NCBI GenBank assembly: GCA_964646105.1
Contig: CAZYBA010000005.1
Coordinates: 1-28,344, forward strand
Reading direction: 5' to 3'
DNA: 28,344 nt
From: an uncultured Armatimonadia bacterium
GTDB taxonomy: Bacteria > Armatimonadota > Armatimonadia > Armatimonadales > Armatimonadaceae
The position numbers and the translations under genes were made by a program. Under the pieces are notes generated by a model. That model was not told where the DNA came from, searched no databases, and worked only from the letters and a program-made list of their open reading frames with translations. This document shows positions 1-8,976 of this stretch, in pieces. Numbering within the stretch: position 1 is the stretch's first letter; each line of letters starts with the position of its first letter.

Positions 1-139
1 GTGTTTCCAAGCCCGGGCCTTGCGTCGTCCGGCCAAGCCAAATCGGATGCTTTGGCGTGCCTACGGTGCCGCACAGGGCATGAACTCGGGCCGGCCGGGG
101 TGAACGTTACCTCAGATCCTTCCCCGCGGAGCTCTTCCG

Positions 140-1549
140 ATGCCCGAACCGACCCGCCGTCCCAATGTCCTGTTCATCGCTGTCGACGACCTGCGCCCCG
201 ACATCGGCTGCTACGGCAACCCGGACGTCAAGACCCCCCACATCGACCGTCTCGCACGCCGCGGGGTGATCTTCAGCCGCGCCTACTGCCAGCAGGCGGT
301 CTGCTCGCCGTCCCGCTCGAGCGTCATGACCGGATGCCGCCCCGACACCACCAAGGTCTGGGACCTGCAAACCCATTTCCGCAAGGCTCTCCCCAATGTG
401 TCGACGATCGGGCAGCATTTCAAGGAAGCCGGGTGGCATGTGGAAGGGATGGGCAAGATCTTCCACGGCGGGTACGACGATGCCCCGACATGGTCCGTGC
501 CGTGGCGTTCACCGAACGGTCCGGTGTACGCAAAACCGGAAAATCGTCCGGCGGGTGCGCGATTCGGCGGCGGGGACGGTGAACCGGGGCAGCGCGGGCC
601 GGCATTCGAGAGCGCCGATGTCGCGGATGATTTCTACCGGGACGGCAAAACGGCGACATGGGCGGTCGAAACCCTGGCCAGTCGGTCGAAAAGCAACCAA
701 CCGTTCTTCCTGGCGGCCGGCTTCTCCAAACCCCACCTGCCGTTCATCGCGCCCAAACGCTACTGGGACCTTTACGATCCCGCGCGGATCCGCCTCGCCC
801 CGAATCCACAGCCGCCGGCCGGGGCTCCGGATTGGGCCATCCAACCCGGTGGCGAGCTGCGCAACTACCGCGGCATCCCGCGCGGTCCCATTCCGCCCGA
901 CCTCGCCCGCACCCTGATCCACGGCTACCGCGCGGCCACCAGCTACACCGACGCTTTGATCGGTCGCCTGCTCGACACGCTCGACCGGCAACGCCTCTGG
1001 GACAACACCATCGTGGTGCTCTGGGGCGACCATGGGTGGAAACTCGGCGAACACGGAGCGTGGTGCAAGCACTCGAACGCGGAAAACGACACGAACGCGC
1101 CCCTGATTGTGGCGGCACCAGGTAGCGCGAGGGCCGGGCGGCGCACCGACCAACTGGTCGAATTTGTCGACATTTACCCGTCCCTGTGCGAACTGGCTGG
1201 ACTGCCGGTGCCAACACACTGCGAAGGTGACAGCTTTGTCCGCCTGCTCGACAAGCCCCGCACCCCGTGGAAGGACGCCGCATTCAGCCAATACCCGCGA
1301 CCGGTCGGGCGGCGCAATGTCATGGGCTATTCGATGCGCACCGAACGGTACCGCTATACCCGTTGGGTGGAAACGGCCGACCGTTCCAAGGTCTTTGCTG
1401 TCGAGTTGTACGACCACCGCGCCGATCCTGGCGAAAACAGAAACATCGCCGGGGCACCGTTTGTGAGGGAAATAGAGGCCGACCTCGGGCGCCGGTGGGA
1501 AGCCGGGTGGCAAGGGGTTCGGCAACGGCACCGCGGAGCGGTCGGTTGA
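140..1549 (+). CDS. Sulfatase, iduronate-2-sulfatase/choline-sulfatase-like
   Basis: N-terminal PNVLFIAVDDLR metal-binding motif, formylglycine motif CSPSRSSVMTG, GKIFH, GFSKPHLPF and WGDHGWKLGEH; GGAG upstream; in-frame TGA at 101-103 excludes an N-terminal signal extension. Confidence 0.92.
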   Translation: MPEPTRRPNVLFIAVDDLRPDIGCYGNPDVKTPHIDRLARRGVIFSRAYCQQAVCSPSRSSVMTGCRPDTTKVWDLQTHFRKALPNVSTIGQHFKEAGWHVEGMGKIFHGGYDDAPTWSVPWRSPNGPVYAKPENRPAGARFGGGDGEPGQRGPAFESADVADDFYRDGKTATWAVETLASRSKSNQPFFLAAGFSKPHLPFIAPKRYWDLYDPARIRLAPNPQPPAGAPDWAIQPGGELRNYRGIPRGPIPPDLARTLIHGYRAATSYTDALIGRLLDTLDRQRLWDNTIVVLWGDHGWKLGEHGAWCKHSNAENDTNAPLIVAAPGSARAGRRTDQLVEFVDIYPSLCELAGLPVPTHCEGDSFVRLLDKPRTPWKDAAFSQYPRPVGRRNVMGYSMRTERYRYTRWVETADRSKVFAVELYDHRADPGENRNIAGAPFVREIEADLGRRWEAGWQGVRQRHRGAVG

Positions 1550-1569
1550 ATTCGGGACACGCGAACCGC

Positions 1570-2901
1570 ATGGGTATCGATCCCGAACAGGCACCCAAGC
1601 CGTTTGTCCTCGACGACGATCCGACAGGCACCCAGTCGGTACACGGGGTTCCGGTGCTGACCCGTTGGGACACGGAGGCGCTGGAAAACGAGCTGCGGGA
1701 TCCGTCCCCGGCCTGCTTCCTCCTCACCAACAGCCGGGCGCTGCCGGAAGCGGAAGCCGTCCGGATCGCCCGCGAGACTGGAGAGATGCTGGCCCGGGCG
1801 TCGTCGAACACCGGAATCCCGTTCACGGTCGTGAGCCGCTCCGACTCGACCCTGCGCGGACATTTCCCGGCCGAGGTCGACGCACTGGCGGATGCGCTGG
1901 GAATGCCCGGTGCTCCCGTGCTCCTCTGCCCGTTCTTTGCCGCTGGCGGGCGGGTCACCGAGGCCGGAACCCACTTCCTGATCGACCCGGGAGGCAACCG
2001 GATCCCGGTGGGCGAAACCGAATTCGCCCGCGACACCACCTTCGGCTACCGGGCTTCGTTCCTGCCCGCTTGGGTGGAAGAACGATCGCGCGGCGCCATC
2101 CGTTCCGCAGAGGTCGGGTTGGTGGATTTGGCGACCATCCGCGGACCGCAGGCCATTCTGGTGGAACGACTGCGGGATGGCCTGCGGACATTCCGGGTGG
2201 TGGTCCCCGACGCGCTGGTGCGCGACGATGTGGCTCGGCTGGTGGACGCCGTGCGGGTTCTCGAGGACCAGGGCCAGTGCCTGATCGCACGGACCGCTGC
2301 CGATTACGCGGCCGAGCGTTCGGGAATTGCGCCGCGGCCGGTGTTGAAACCGGAATCCCTGAAACGGGACTCCGGGCCGCTGTTGGTGGTGGTCGGCAGT
2401 TATGTCGACAAGTCCAGCCGCCAGCTGGCTCGGTTGATCGCGGACGGGAAGGTGCGCGGGGTGGAGCTGGATGTCAACGCGGTGCTGGGGGGCGCAAGCG
2501 GTCGCGACCAAGCCGTGGAGCGGTGCGTCCGTGCCGTTTCCGAGTCGCTGCGGGACGGCGTCGATACGGTGGTGTTCACCAGCCGGGAGCGCAGTCAGGC
2601 GGGGATGCTGGACAGCGGCGGTGTGGTCGCCGATGCCCTTGCCGAGGTGGTGGTGCGCACCCCGATCCGGCCGCGTGCGGTGGTTTCCAAAGGCGGGATA
2701 ACGTCCAGCCGGACTGCCGTGGACGGCCTCGGGATGGTGCGGGCTTGGGTGGCCGGCGCGGCCCTTCCGGGAGTTCCGGTATGGATCGGAGGCTCCGAGA
2801 GCCGCTGGCCGGGCTTGCCGCTGGTCGTGTTCCCGGGAAATGTTGGAAACGACGATGCGTTGCTCGACCTGGTGCGCGCCTGGCGGGACACCGGCGGTTA
2901 A
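1570..2901 (+). CDS. Four-carbon acid sugar kinase family protein (DUF1537/YgbK-like)
   Basis: Begins LDDDPTGTQSVH; contains LTNSRAL, SRSDSTLRGHF, VVGSYVDKSSRQL, SKGGITS and VFPGNVG, all family hallmarks. Start reassigned to ATG 1570 inside ORF 1267..2901. Confidence 0.88.
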   Translation: MGIDPEQAPKPFVLDDDPTGTQSVHGVPVLTRWDTEALENELRDPSPACFLLTNSRALPEAEAVRIARETGEMLARASSNTGIPFTVVSRSDSTLRGHFPAEVDALADALGMPGAPVLLCPFFAAGGRVTEAGTHFLIDPGGNRIPVGETEFARDTTFGYRASFLPAWVEERSRGAIRSAEVGLVDLATIRGPQAILVERLRDGLRTFRVVVPDALVRDDVARLVDAVRVLEDQGQCLIARTAADYAAERSGIAPRPVLKPESLKRDSGPLLVVVGSYVDKSSRQLARLIADGKVRGVELDVNAVLGGASGRDQAVERCVRAVSESLRDGVDTVVFTSRERSQAGMLDSGGVVADALAEVVVRTPIRPRAVVSKGGITSSRTAVDGLGMVRAWVAGAALPGVPVWIGGSESRWPGLPLVVFPGNVGNDDALLDLVRAWRDTGG

Positions 2902-2943
2902 CCGGGAACGCCGCGCCGTGGTTTGGGCTTAGGGGCCGGGTTT

Positions 2944-3915
2944 CTAGAGCGGTCCGAACGCCTTGCGTCCAGCGGATCGCGCGACATGGCGCAGCATCAG
3001 GGCCAGCACCTCTTCCCGCTCCACACCGGAAAGCCCGAGCGCGATCTGGGTTTCGATATAGCCGAGTGGAACTCCCATGTCGAGGCGCTCGCCCACGGTT
3101 TCGACCGCCACATACCGCTCGAGGGTACGCAGCATCTCCAGCGAACTGGTGAGCTGGATTTCCCCGCTCTGCCGAATGTTGTCGACAATGTGTTTTTCGA
3201 GGCATTCGAAAACGCGCGGCGGGAGCACATGCTGCCCGAAGAAGCAAAGGTAATACCCCCGCTTGACTCCCGGGGTCTGCAGGTGGTCGGCGGCGTAGTC
3301 GATGGACGGTTTCTCGACAATGGATTCGACCGCGTAGGTGGACGGGTCGGATTGGCCGAGGCGCGTACCGGCGACCGTGCCGAACAGATGCAGTTTGTCG
3401 TCGGGGGTTTGCTGGACCCCCGAAACCGCGCACTGCACCAGCGAATAGGTGTCGATCACCTGCTGGGCGCATCGTTTGGCGATGCCGGAAATGTAGACAT
3501 GATCCCCAAGCAGCAGCAGGAACGGTTCGTCCCCGACAAAGTCGCGGGCTTGGTAGACCGCATGGCCGTATCCATCGGGGATGGGTTGCTCGACGTACCG
3601 GACTCGTTCCTCGATGCGGCGCAGGGTGTCGGCTTGGGCAAGGGCCCATTCTTTGCCCCGGAACGCCGATCGCTCGTCGTCGGTGAGCCCCGCGAAATGG
3701 CGTTGGAACGGCTCGGCGCCTCCCGGCGACACGACTATGCAGATTTCCTCGATTCCGGACGCCAGGCACTCCTCGACAATGATCTGGATGGTCGGCTTGG
3801 CGACACCGTCCCGGTCCACCAGGGGCATCATTTCCTTCTGGAGGGAGCGTGTGGCGGGGAACTGCCGCGTTCCGCGTCCCGCCGCGGTGATCACTGCCTT
3901 GCGTACCGATGCCAT
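2944..3915 (-). CDS. galU: UTP--glucose-1-phosphate uridylyltransferase (sugar-1-phosphate nucleotidyltransferase)
   Basis: KAVITAAGRGTR..PAT..QKEMMPLVD, EQP..GYGHAV, LLLGDH, IVEKP, GEIQLT and D.G..GY motifs. Substrate within the family is not proven. Confidence 0.8.
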   Translation of the reverse strand: MASVRKAVITAAGRGTRQFPATRSLQKEMMPLVDRDGVAKPTIQIIVEECLASGIEEICIVVSPGGAEPFQRHFAGLTDDERSAFRGKEWALAQADTLRRIEERVRYVEQPIPDGYGHAVYQARDFVGDEPFLLLLGDHVYISGIAKRCAQQVIDTYSLVQCAVSGVQQTPDDKLHLFGTVAGTRLGQSDPSTYAVESIVEKPSIDYAADHLQTPGVKRGYYLCFFGQHVLPPRVFECLEKHIVDNIRQSGEIQLTSSLEMLRTLERYVAVETVGERLDMGVPLGYIETQIALGLSGVEREEVLALMLRHVARSAGRKAFGPL

Positions 3916-4097
3916 GGGTTGTTCGGAGTCCTTTACGTGGGTGGTTGTCGAGTCGGGTCGAAAATCGGGTTGTCGTTTACGTTTCCAACGTCTGCCGAAT
4001 TTCAGTACTCCCGGAGGGAGTCGAAAGGCATGTTGTCGTTGTCAACTTGACGGAATCTCGGAACTGGCCGAAGGAGTCGAGAAAAAACGACCAATTG

Positions 4098-5159
4098 TCA
4101 TCCGAGCCTGGCGGCGGGCAGCCCCTGCTTTCCACTTCCCTCGCGCAATTCGGCGAGCAGGGCGTGCAGGTGCGGCTCGATGCGATCCCGCAGGGTTTGG
4201 TTGGCGAACGCCACCCAGGCCACCGGGGCACGGATATCGAAGAGTGCGTCGAGCGGACGCCCGTTCTCATCCGTCACCACCACTCCCGCCTCGCGGGCGA
4301 TCAGCTCGGTGCAGATGTCGTACGGATGGCAGACCAGCTTGGGCGGCAGGCCCAGGACATCGAAAAAGACCGGGCGCAGGTCCGCGAGGAAGCGGTCGTG
4401 GCCGACCATGATTTCGTAGAGTTGTCCGCCGGTGGTCATGTACTGATCGTCGAAAACCACCGGATTTTCCCCGTCCTCGGGCGCAACCGCCTCCATCAGG
4501 CGCTCTTCGAGCGCGGCGGTGGCTCCCTTGGCGGGCGGGAAAAACTTGACCAGGGACGCGTACCCGTGGGCGAGCGATGCGGAGCGTGACGGCCGGATCG
4601 GCAGGCGGGTCCAGGTGCCGTCCACCAGATTGCGGGCCTCACGGTGCGCCCCCTGTCCGCGCACTGCCCACAGGCGGTCGGCGAGCAGGTTGCGGGTGGT
4701 GGGGAGTTCGGTCATCACCGCCACCTCGATATCGGCGAGCGTGGTGGCACGACCCCGGTTCGGTGCGATGCCGGTGAGGGCCCAGGCGGGACGTTTGTTG
4801 AACATCAGGTTGCGGGTGCCGTCGATGGGGTCCACCATCATCAGGAACCGGGCATCGTCCTCGGAAGCGCCTTCCGGAAAGACCCGCCATCCGGCGTCCT
4901 CGATACCCTCCGCAATCAGGACGAAGGTCCCGATCTCGCGCGCCCATTCGTCGCAGAAATGCTCGATGATCTCCTCGGCGTGGACATCGATGGTGTAGAT
5001 GGTGTCGCCGCCGCGAACATCCGCCACTCCGTCGAGGGTGCTGGCCCGGTCGGCTTCCTCCTGGGCCTTGAGGTCGGCGTGGAGGCGGGATTGCAGCCGT
5101 TCGTGGAGTTCGAAGATCTTCGGAAGGAGTTGATCGGGATTGGGAAACACCGGGTTCAC
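4098..5159 (-). CDS. Inositol monophosphatase/FBPase superfamily sugar-phosphate phosphatase
   Basis: IAEG, VDPIDGTR and HPYD..LIAREAG motifs. GTG start at 5159 overlaps the TGA of the upstream gene (GTGA). Confidence 0.8.
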   Translation of the reverse strand: MNPVFPNPDQLLPKIFELHERLQSRLHADLKAQEEADRASTLDGVADVRGGDTIYTIDVHAEEIIEHFCDEWAREIGTFVLIAEGIEDAGWRVFPEGASEDDARFLMMVDPIDGTRNLMFNKRPAWALTGIAPNRGRATTLADIEVAVMTELPTTRNLLADRLWAVRGQGAHREARNLVDGTWTRLPIRPSRSASLAHGYASLVKFFPPAKGATAALEERLMEAVAPEDGENPVVFDDQYMTTGGQLYEIMVGHDRFLADLRPVFFDVLGLPPKLVCHPYDICTELIAREAGVVVTDENGRPLDALFDIRAPVAWVAFANQTLRDRIEPHLHALLAELREGSGKQGLPAARLG

Positions 5160-6259
5160 AGGTCGGCAATCCTTTCGTCGACTGGGCACAGGTCGGGAAC
5201 TGCCCGGGAGGGCCGGTCGAGGTAGAACCAGCTGCACACCGACCAATCGTCGTCACGTTCGAATATCCCGCCGTCCGGGTCCGACTCGTCCCAGGGCACC
5301 GGATTCTCGGCGGTGCGCAGCGGGGTGGTGCCGCGGTGGCGCATGAGCGCGCGGTCCTCGGCGCTGCCCCACCCGATTTGCTGGATGGTGATGCGTGCGG
5401 ATTCGTGGAACCAGACCGGGTCGGGGATATGGAGGCGGTAGAAGTTGTAACGACCTGTTTCGGTGTCGGCGAGCGGGCAGCCTTGGTACTGGTGCGCATA
5501 GGCGCCTTGGCCCCATCCGGTGCCGATGTAATCCTCGGTGCCGGTGCCGCAGAGGGTGGGCAGGTCGGTGTCGCCGTCAAGGTAGGCCTTCACTTCACCC
5601 TCGCCCCACCACGTGGTGCCGTAGGACGCGCGGTTGGTGCGCACTCCGAACGTGCATCCGAGGAACCGGCCGCGCCCGTGGACTTCGGGTAGGACCGTGA
5701 AATCGTGGCGCATTCGGGTGGGGTTTTCCCGGTGGAAACCGGCGTGGAACCAGAGGACTTCCGGGGGATGGGTTTCACCCACCGTGTAGTCGATGTCGTA
5801 AAAGCACATCGGCAGGTCGACGCCGGATTCATTGACCAGTGCGATGCGCATGGCGTTTCGAAACGGCATCGGGACTGTGCAGCAGAAACTACGTCCCTCG
5901 GGGCTGGAGAACAGCGCATTCTCGAACGCGGTCATGCGTCCGTTGGCGTGGCAGAAGAAATCGCCGATCGGGACATCGACCGCGGGGGTTTCGGCGTGGT
6001 CCCAGGTGCATTCGAGGCGCAGTCCGCGCAGCATCTGCGGGGTGCGGTTGTCGATGGTGATCCATATTCGGCGGATTGTTCCCGACGCTGCGTTTTCCTC
6101 GGCCAGCACCAGGGTTTCGCCGGCCCGGATCGGCACCCAAGGCCGTCCCTTGCGCCCGCCGTCGACAGTGCCGCCCGCCCCGGGCGCGGCGGTGGGGTTT
6201 TCCGGGGACGCCCACCGGGTATGGACCGGTCCGGTGGGAAACGCGAAAATTGGTTCCAT
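5156..6259 (-). CDS. DUF2961 / glycoside hydrolase family 172-like protein
   Basis: RWASPEN, GTIRRIWIT, VDVPIGDFF, PMPFR, WWGEGEVKAYLDG, LCGTGTEDY.G.GWG and YR.HIPDPV.F motifs. Start set at MEPIFAF (6259). Confidence 0.85.
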   Translation of the reverse strand: MEPIFAFPTGPVHTRWASPENPTAAPGAGGTVDGGRKGRPWVPIRAGETLVLAEENAASGTIRRIWITIDNRTPQMLRGLRLECTWDHAETPAVDVPIGDFFCHANGRMTAFENALFSSPEGRSFCCTVPMPFRNAMRIALVNESGVDLPMCFYDIDYTVGETHPPEVLWFHAGFHRENPTRMRHDFTVLPEVHGRGRFLGCTFGVRTNRASYGTTWWGEGEVKAYLDGDTDLPTLCGTGTEDYIGTGWGQGAYAHQYQGCPLADTETGRYNFYRLHIPDPVWFHESARITIQQIGWGSAEDRALMRHRGTTPLRTAENPVPWDESDPDGGIFERDDDWSVCSWFYLDRPSRAVPDLCPVDERIADL

Positions 6260-6344
6260 TCGTGTAGACCATCCTATCGCCCGATTCAAGAGGAAATCAG
6301 GGAATTCCAATGGGAAGTCCCCCGAATTATCGTTGCTGTTTCGG

Positions 6345-6371
6345 ACCAATTGGTACCAATCAAGAACCAAT
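6345..6371. promoter_or_regulatory. Putative transcription-factor operator (overlapping palindromes ACCAATTGGT and ATTGGTACCAAT plus extra ACCAAT)
   Basis: Palindromes at 6345-6354 and 6349-6360 and a third ACCAAT at 6366-6371, in the AT-richer gap upstream of the GH172 gene. Resembles GntR/FadR-family TTGGT..ACCAA boxes. Confidence 0.4.
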
Positions 6372-6500
6372 GGGCCGATTGGGAAGGCGGGTGTGCGTCC
6401 CGGTGTGCGGTGCTCGGGTGTCGCGCCCCGATCTTCGCAGCGCATCGGGTGAACCGCCACTTGTCGCGTTGGCGTGACGTTCCCCGCGGAGTCGCTCGGG

Positions 6501-6923
6501 TTAGGGATTCGGCGGGGACGTGCAGATGAGGACGACCAGGGTTTCGTTACCGGTGTTCTCGATCCCGTGCACACACCACGGGGGCAGGTAGACGAAATCG
6601 CCTTTCTTGACATCGCGCTGGTAACGGGCGAATGTCATCTTGCCGGAGCCTTCCAGGATCACATACGTTTCTTCGGTCTCGTGCGAACCGGGTTCGAGCA
6701 CGACATGCGGCGGAACGTAGAACAGCACCAGGCCGAGGTTTTTCGATGGCGCATTTGGGTTTACGGGGTGCACCACCCGCACGCCCACACCGTGGCATCC
6801 CGGGTACACCACGGGCACGCCATCCTGCGCGGTCACGATCATCGGGTCCGGCGGGACGTCCGGCTTCGGGATCAGCGGTTCGCGGTCGCCGGTGTAGCCT
6901 TGGAACTGGGTGATTTTCGCCAT
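6501..6923 (-). CDS. Cupin domain protein
   Basis: Two-motif cupin signature: HETEETYVILEGSG and GDFVYLPPWCVHGIEN. Start set at MAKITQ (6923). Confidence 0.85.
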   Translation of the reverse strand: MAKITQFQGYTGDREPLIPKPDVPPDPMIVTAQDGVPVVYPGCHGVGVRVVHPVNPNAPSKNLGLVLFYVPPHVVLEPGSHETEETYVILEGSGKMTFARYQRDVKKGDFVYLPPWCVHGIENTGNETLVVLICTSPPNP

Positions 6924-7005
6924 CGGAGAGACCTTTCGGAGGGTGGGTTTCAGGAGAAACATCCGACTCGGACAGCAGCGTTCCGAGGTCGGATTCGTCG
7001 GGTGA

Positions 7006-7785
7006 TTAGAATTCGCGGTGGTATCCGGCGGTCCATCCGCCGTCGACGGTCAGGCATTGCCCGGTTATGTAGCTGGATTCGGGGTCGGCGAGGAAGAGAA
7101 CGGCGCGCGCGATTTCTTCCACCGTTCCGGGTCGTCACAGCGGGATGTGGTCGGTCATGCGCTGCGCGGATTCCCGGAACAGGTCGTTGTCGCCGTAGAA
7201 GAGCTGTTTGGTGCCTTCGGTCATGGTGGAGCCGGGCGCGACCGCATTCACCAGAATTCCCTCGCGTCCCAGTTCGATCGCCATGGCGCGGGTGAGGTTG
7301 ACGACACCCGCCTTGGCGGCGGTGAACGCGCATTGCAGGCGCAGGGGCACCAGTCCGGCGATGGAGGCGATGTTGACAATGCGGGGGGCGTCGGAGTTGC
7401 GGAGCAACGGAATGGTCGCCCGCGACACCAGATAAACCCCTTTCAGGTCGACGTCCACGATGCGGTCCCACTCATCCACCGGGAATTGGTCGATGGTCAC
7501 GCGGTGGGCCATGGTGTTGACCCCGGCGTTGTTGACCACGATGTCGATCTTTCCGAACCGTTCGGCGAGGGTGTCCGCGACCGACTGGACATTGGTTTCA
7601 TCGGCCACATTGAGCGGCAACGCGATTCCGCCGATCGCGCCCGCGGTGTTTCTTGTGCCGGCGACATCGATGTCGGTGCATACGACGGTCGCGCCGTCCC
7701 GGGCGAGCGCTGTCGCGATGGCTTCTCCGATTCCCCGTGCGGCGCCTGTCACCAGCGCCACCCTGCCGTTCAGGTCTGTCCGCAT
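7006..7785 (-). pseudogene. Short-chain dehydrogenase/reductase (FabG-like) with an in-frame TGA at 7135-7137
   Basis: VTGAARGIG, NNAG, NIAS and F.AAK (Tyr position occupied by Phe: QCAFTAAK) motifs. After HIPL-TGA the same frame continues [45 protein letters not shown], the canonical SDR C-terminus. GGAGG RBS upstream of ATG 7785. Confidence 0.8.
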
Positions 7786-7911
7786 GCCGTCCTCCAACAG
7801 GGCAGGTTCCCCGGCGCGCGCAGGAATCCTTTTCCTTCGGGCGAAATGGACAGTCAATATTCGGCGATCGCAGGTTCTTTCCGGGACTTCACGCCGTTAT
7901 TCGGAGGCACC

Positions 7912-8973
7912 ATGGCAAAGCAGTCCCTCGTTTACATCGGGACCTACACCCGCAACAACCCCAGCCTGGGGATCTATGTCTATCGTTACGACCCGGCATC
8001 CGGTGCGTTGGAATTCCTCTCCACCGCCCCGAAGGTCGACAGCCCGTCGTATCTGGCCACCAGCCCCGATGGACGATTCCTTTATGCGGTGGTCGAGAAC
8101 GACAACGGAGTCATCGCGTCGTTTGCCATCGACCGCGACAAGGGCATGCTCCGGCTGCTCAACCAGCAGTCCACCCACGGCGCGCATCCGTGCCATCTCG
8201 CGCTCGACCGCACCGGCAAGTGGGTGGTTGTCGCCAACTACAGCAGCGGCAATGTCGCGGTGTTTCCGGTGGAAATCGACGGCAGCCTCGGTCCGGCCAC
8301 GGATGTCCTGCAGCAGAAGGGGACCGGACCGAACGCGGCGCGTCAGGAAGGCCCGCACGCCCACTCGGTCACCTTCGACCCGGCCGGACGTTTCCTGGTG
8401 GTCGCGGATCTCGGTGCCGACAAGGTGTTCACGTACACCCTCGACACGACGAAGGGCAAGTTGGTCCCCGCCAAGACCGCATCGATTTCGATGGCTCCCG
8501 GATCCGGTCCCCGTCATTTCGCGTTCCACCGCAGCGGCAAGTTCGCGTATGCCATCAACGAACTGCTGAGCACGATCACGGTACTTGCCTACGACGGCAA
8601 GGAGGGTTCGTTCACGGAGCTTCAGACCATTTCGACATTGCCGGAGGGTTGGAAGGGGTCCAGCACCTGCGCCGATATCGACATCCACCCGAACGGCAAG
8701 TTCCTGTACGGCTCCAACCGTGGGCACGACTCGATCGCGATGTTTGCGATCGACCAGCGTACCGGCAGGCTGACTTCGCTCGGCCAGGAGCCCATCCGCG
8801 GCAAGACCCCGCGCAATTTCGCGCTCTCCAAGGATGGTCGTTACCTGCTGGTGGGCGGGCAGGAAACCAACAACATTGTCGCGTTCGCGGTCGATCCCGT
8901 GCGCGGTCGTCTCACCCCGACCGGCAAGGAATGGCCGGTGCCGGCGCCGGTTTGCATTTTGTTTCAGGAGTAG
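7912..8973 (+). CDS. pgl: 6-phosphogluconolactonase-family lactonase (7-bladed beta-propeller)
   Basis: YIGTYT, HPCHL, VANYSSG, QEGPHAH, VADLGAD, GSGPRH, SNRGHDS and PRNF motifs; GGAGG RBS. Confidence 0.9.
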   Translation: MAKQSLVYIGTYTRNNPSLGIYVYRYDPASGALEFLSTAPKVDSPSYLATSPDGRFLYAVVENDNGVIASFAIDRDKGMLRLLNQQSTHGAHPCHLALDRTGKWVVVANYSSGNVAVFPVEIDGSLGPATDVLQQKGTGPNAARQEGPHAHSVTFDPAGRFLVVADLGADKVFTYTLDTTKGKLVPAKTASISMAPGSGPRHFAFHRSGKFAYAINELLSTITVLAYDGKEGSFTELQTISTLPEGWKGSSTCADIDIHPNGKFLYGSNRGHDSIAMFAIDQRTGRLTSLGQEPIRGKTPRNFALSKDGRYLLVGGQETNNIVAFAVDPVRGRLTPTGKEWPVPAPVCILFQE

Positions 8974-8976
8974 CGG

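Noticed and set aside
3976-4004. ECF-type promoter TGAAAT-N17-CGTA on the minus strand upstream of galU
   Set aside because: Imperfect -35 (AAT instead of AAC) and a single instance; too weak to list as a feature.
7135-7137. Selenocysteine or genome-wide UGA=Gly recoding at the SDR TGA
   Set aside because: The aligned position is Gly, not Cys; no evident SECIS; TGA is the genuine stop of many genes in this window.
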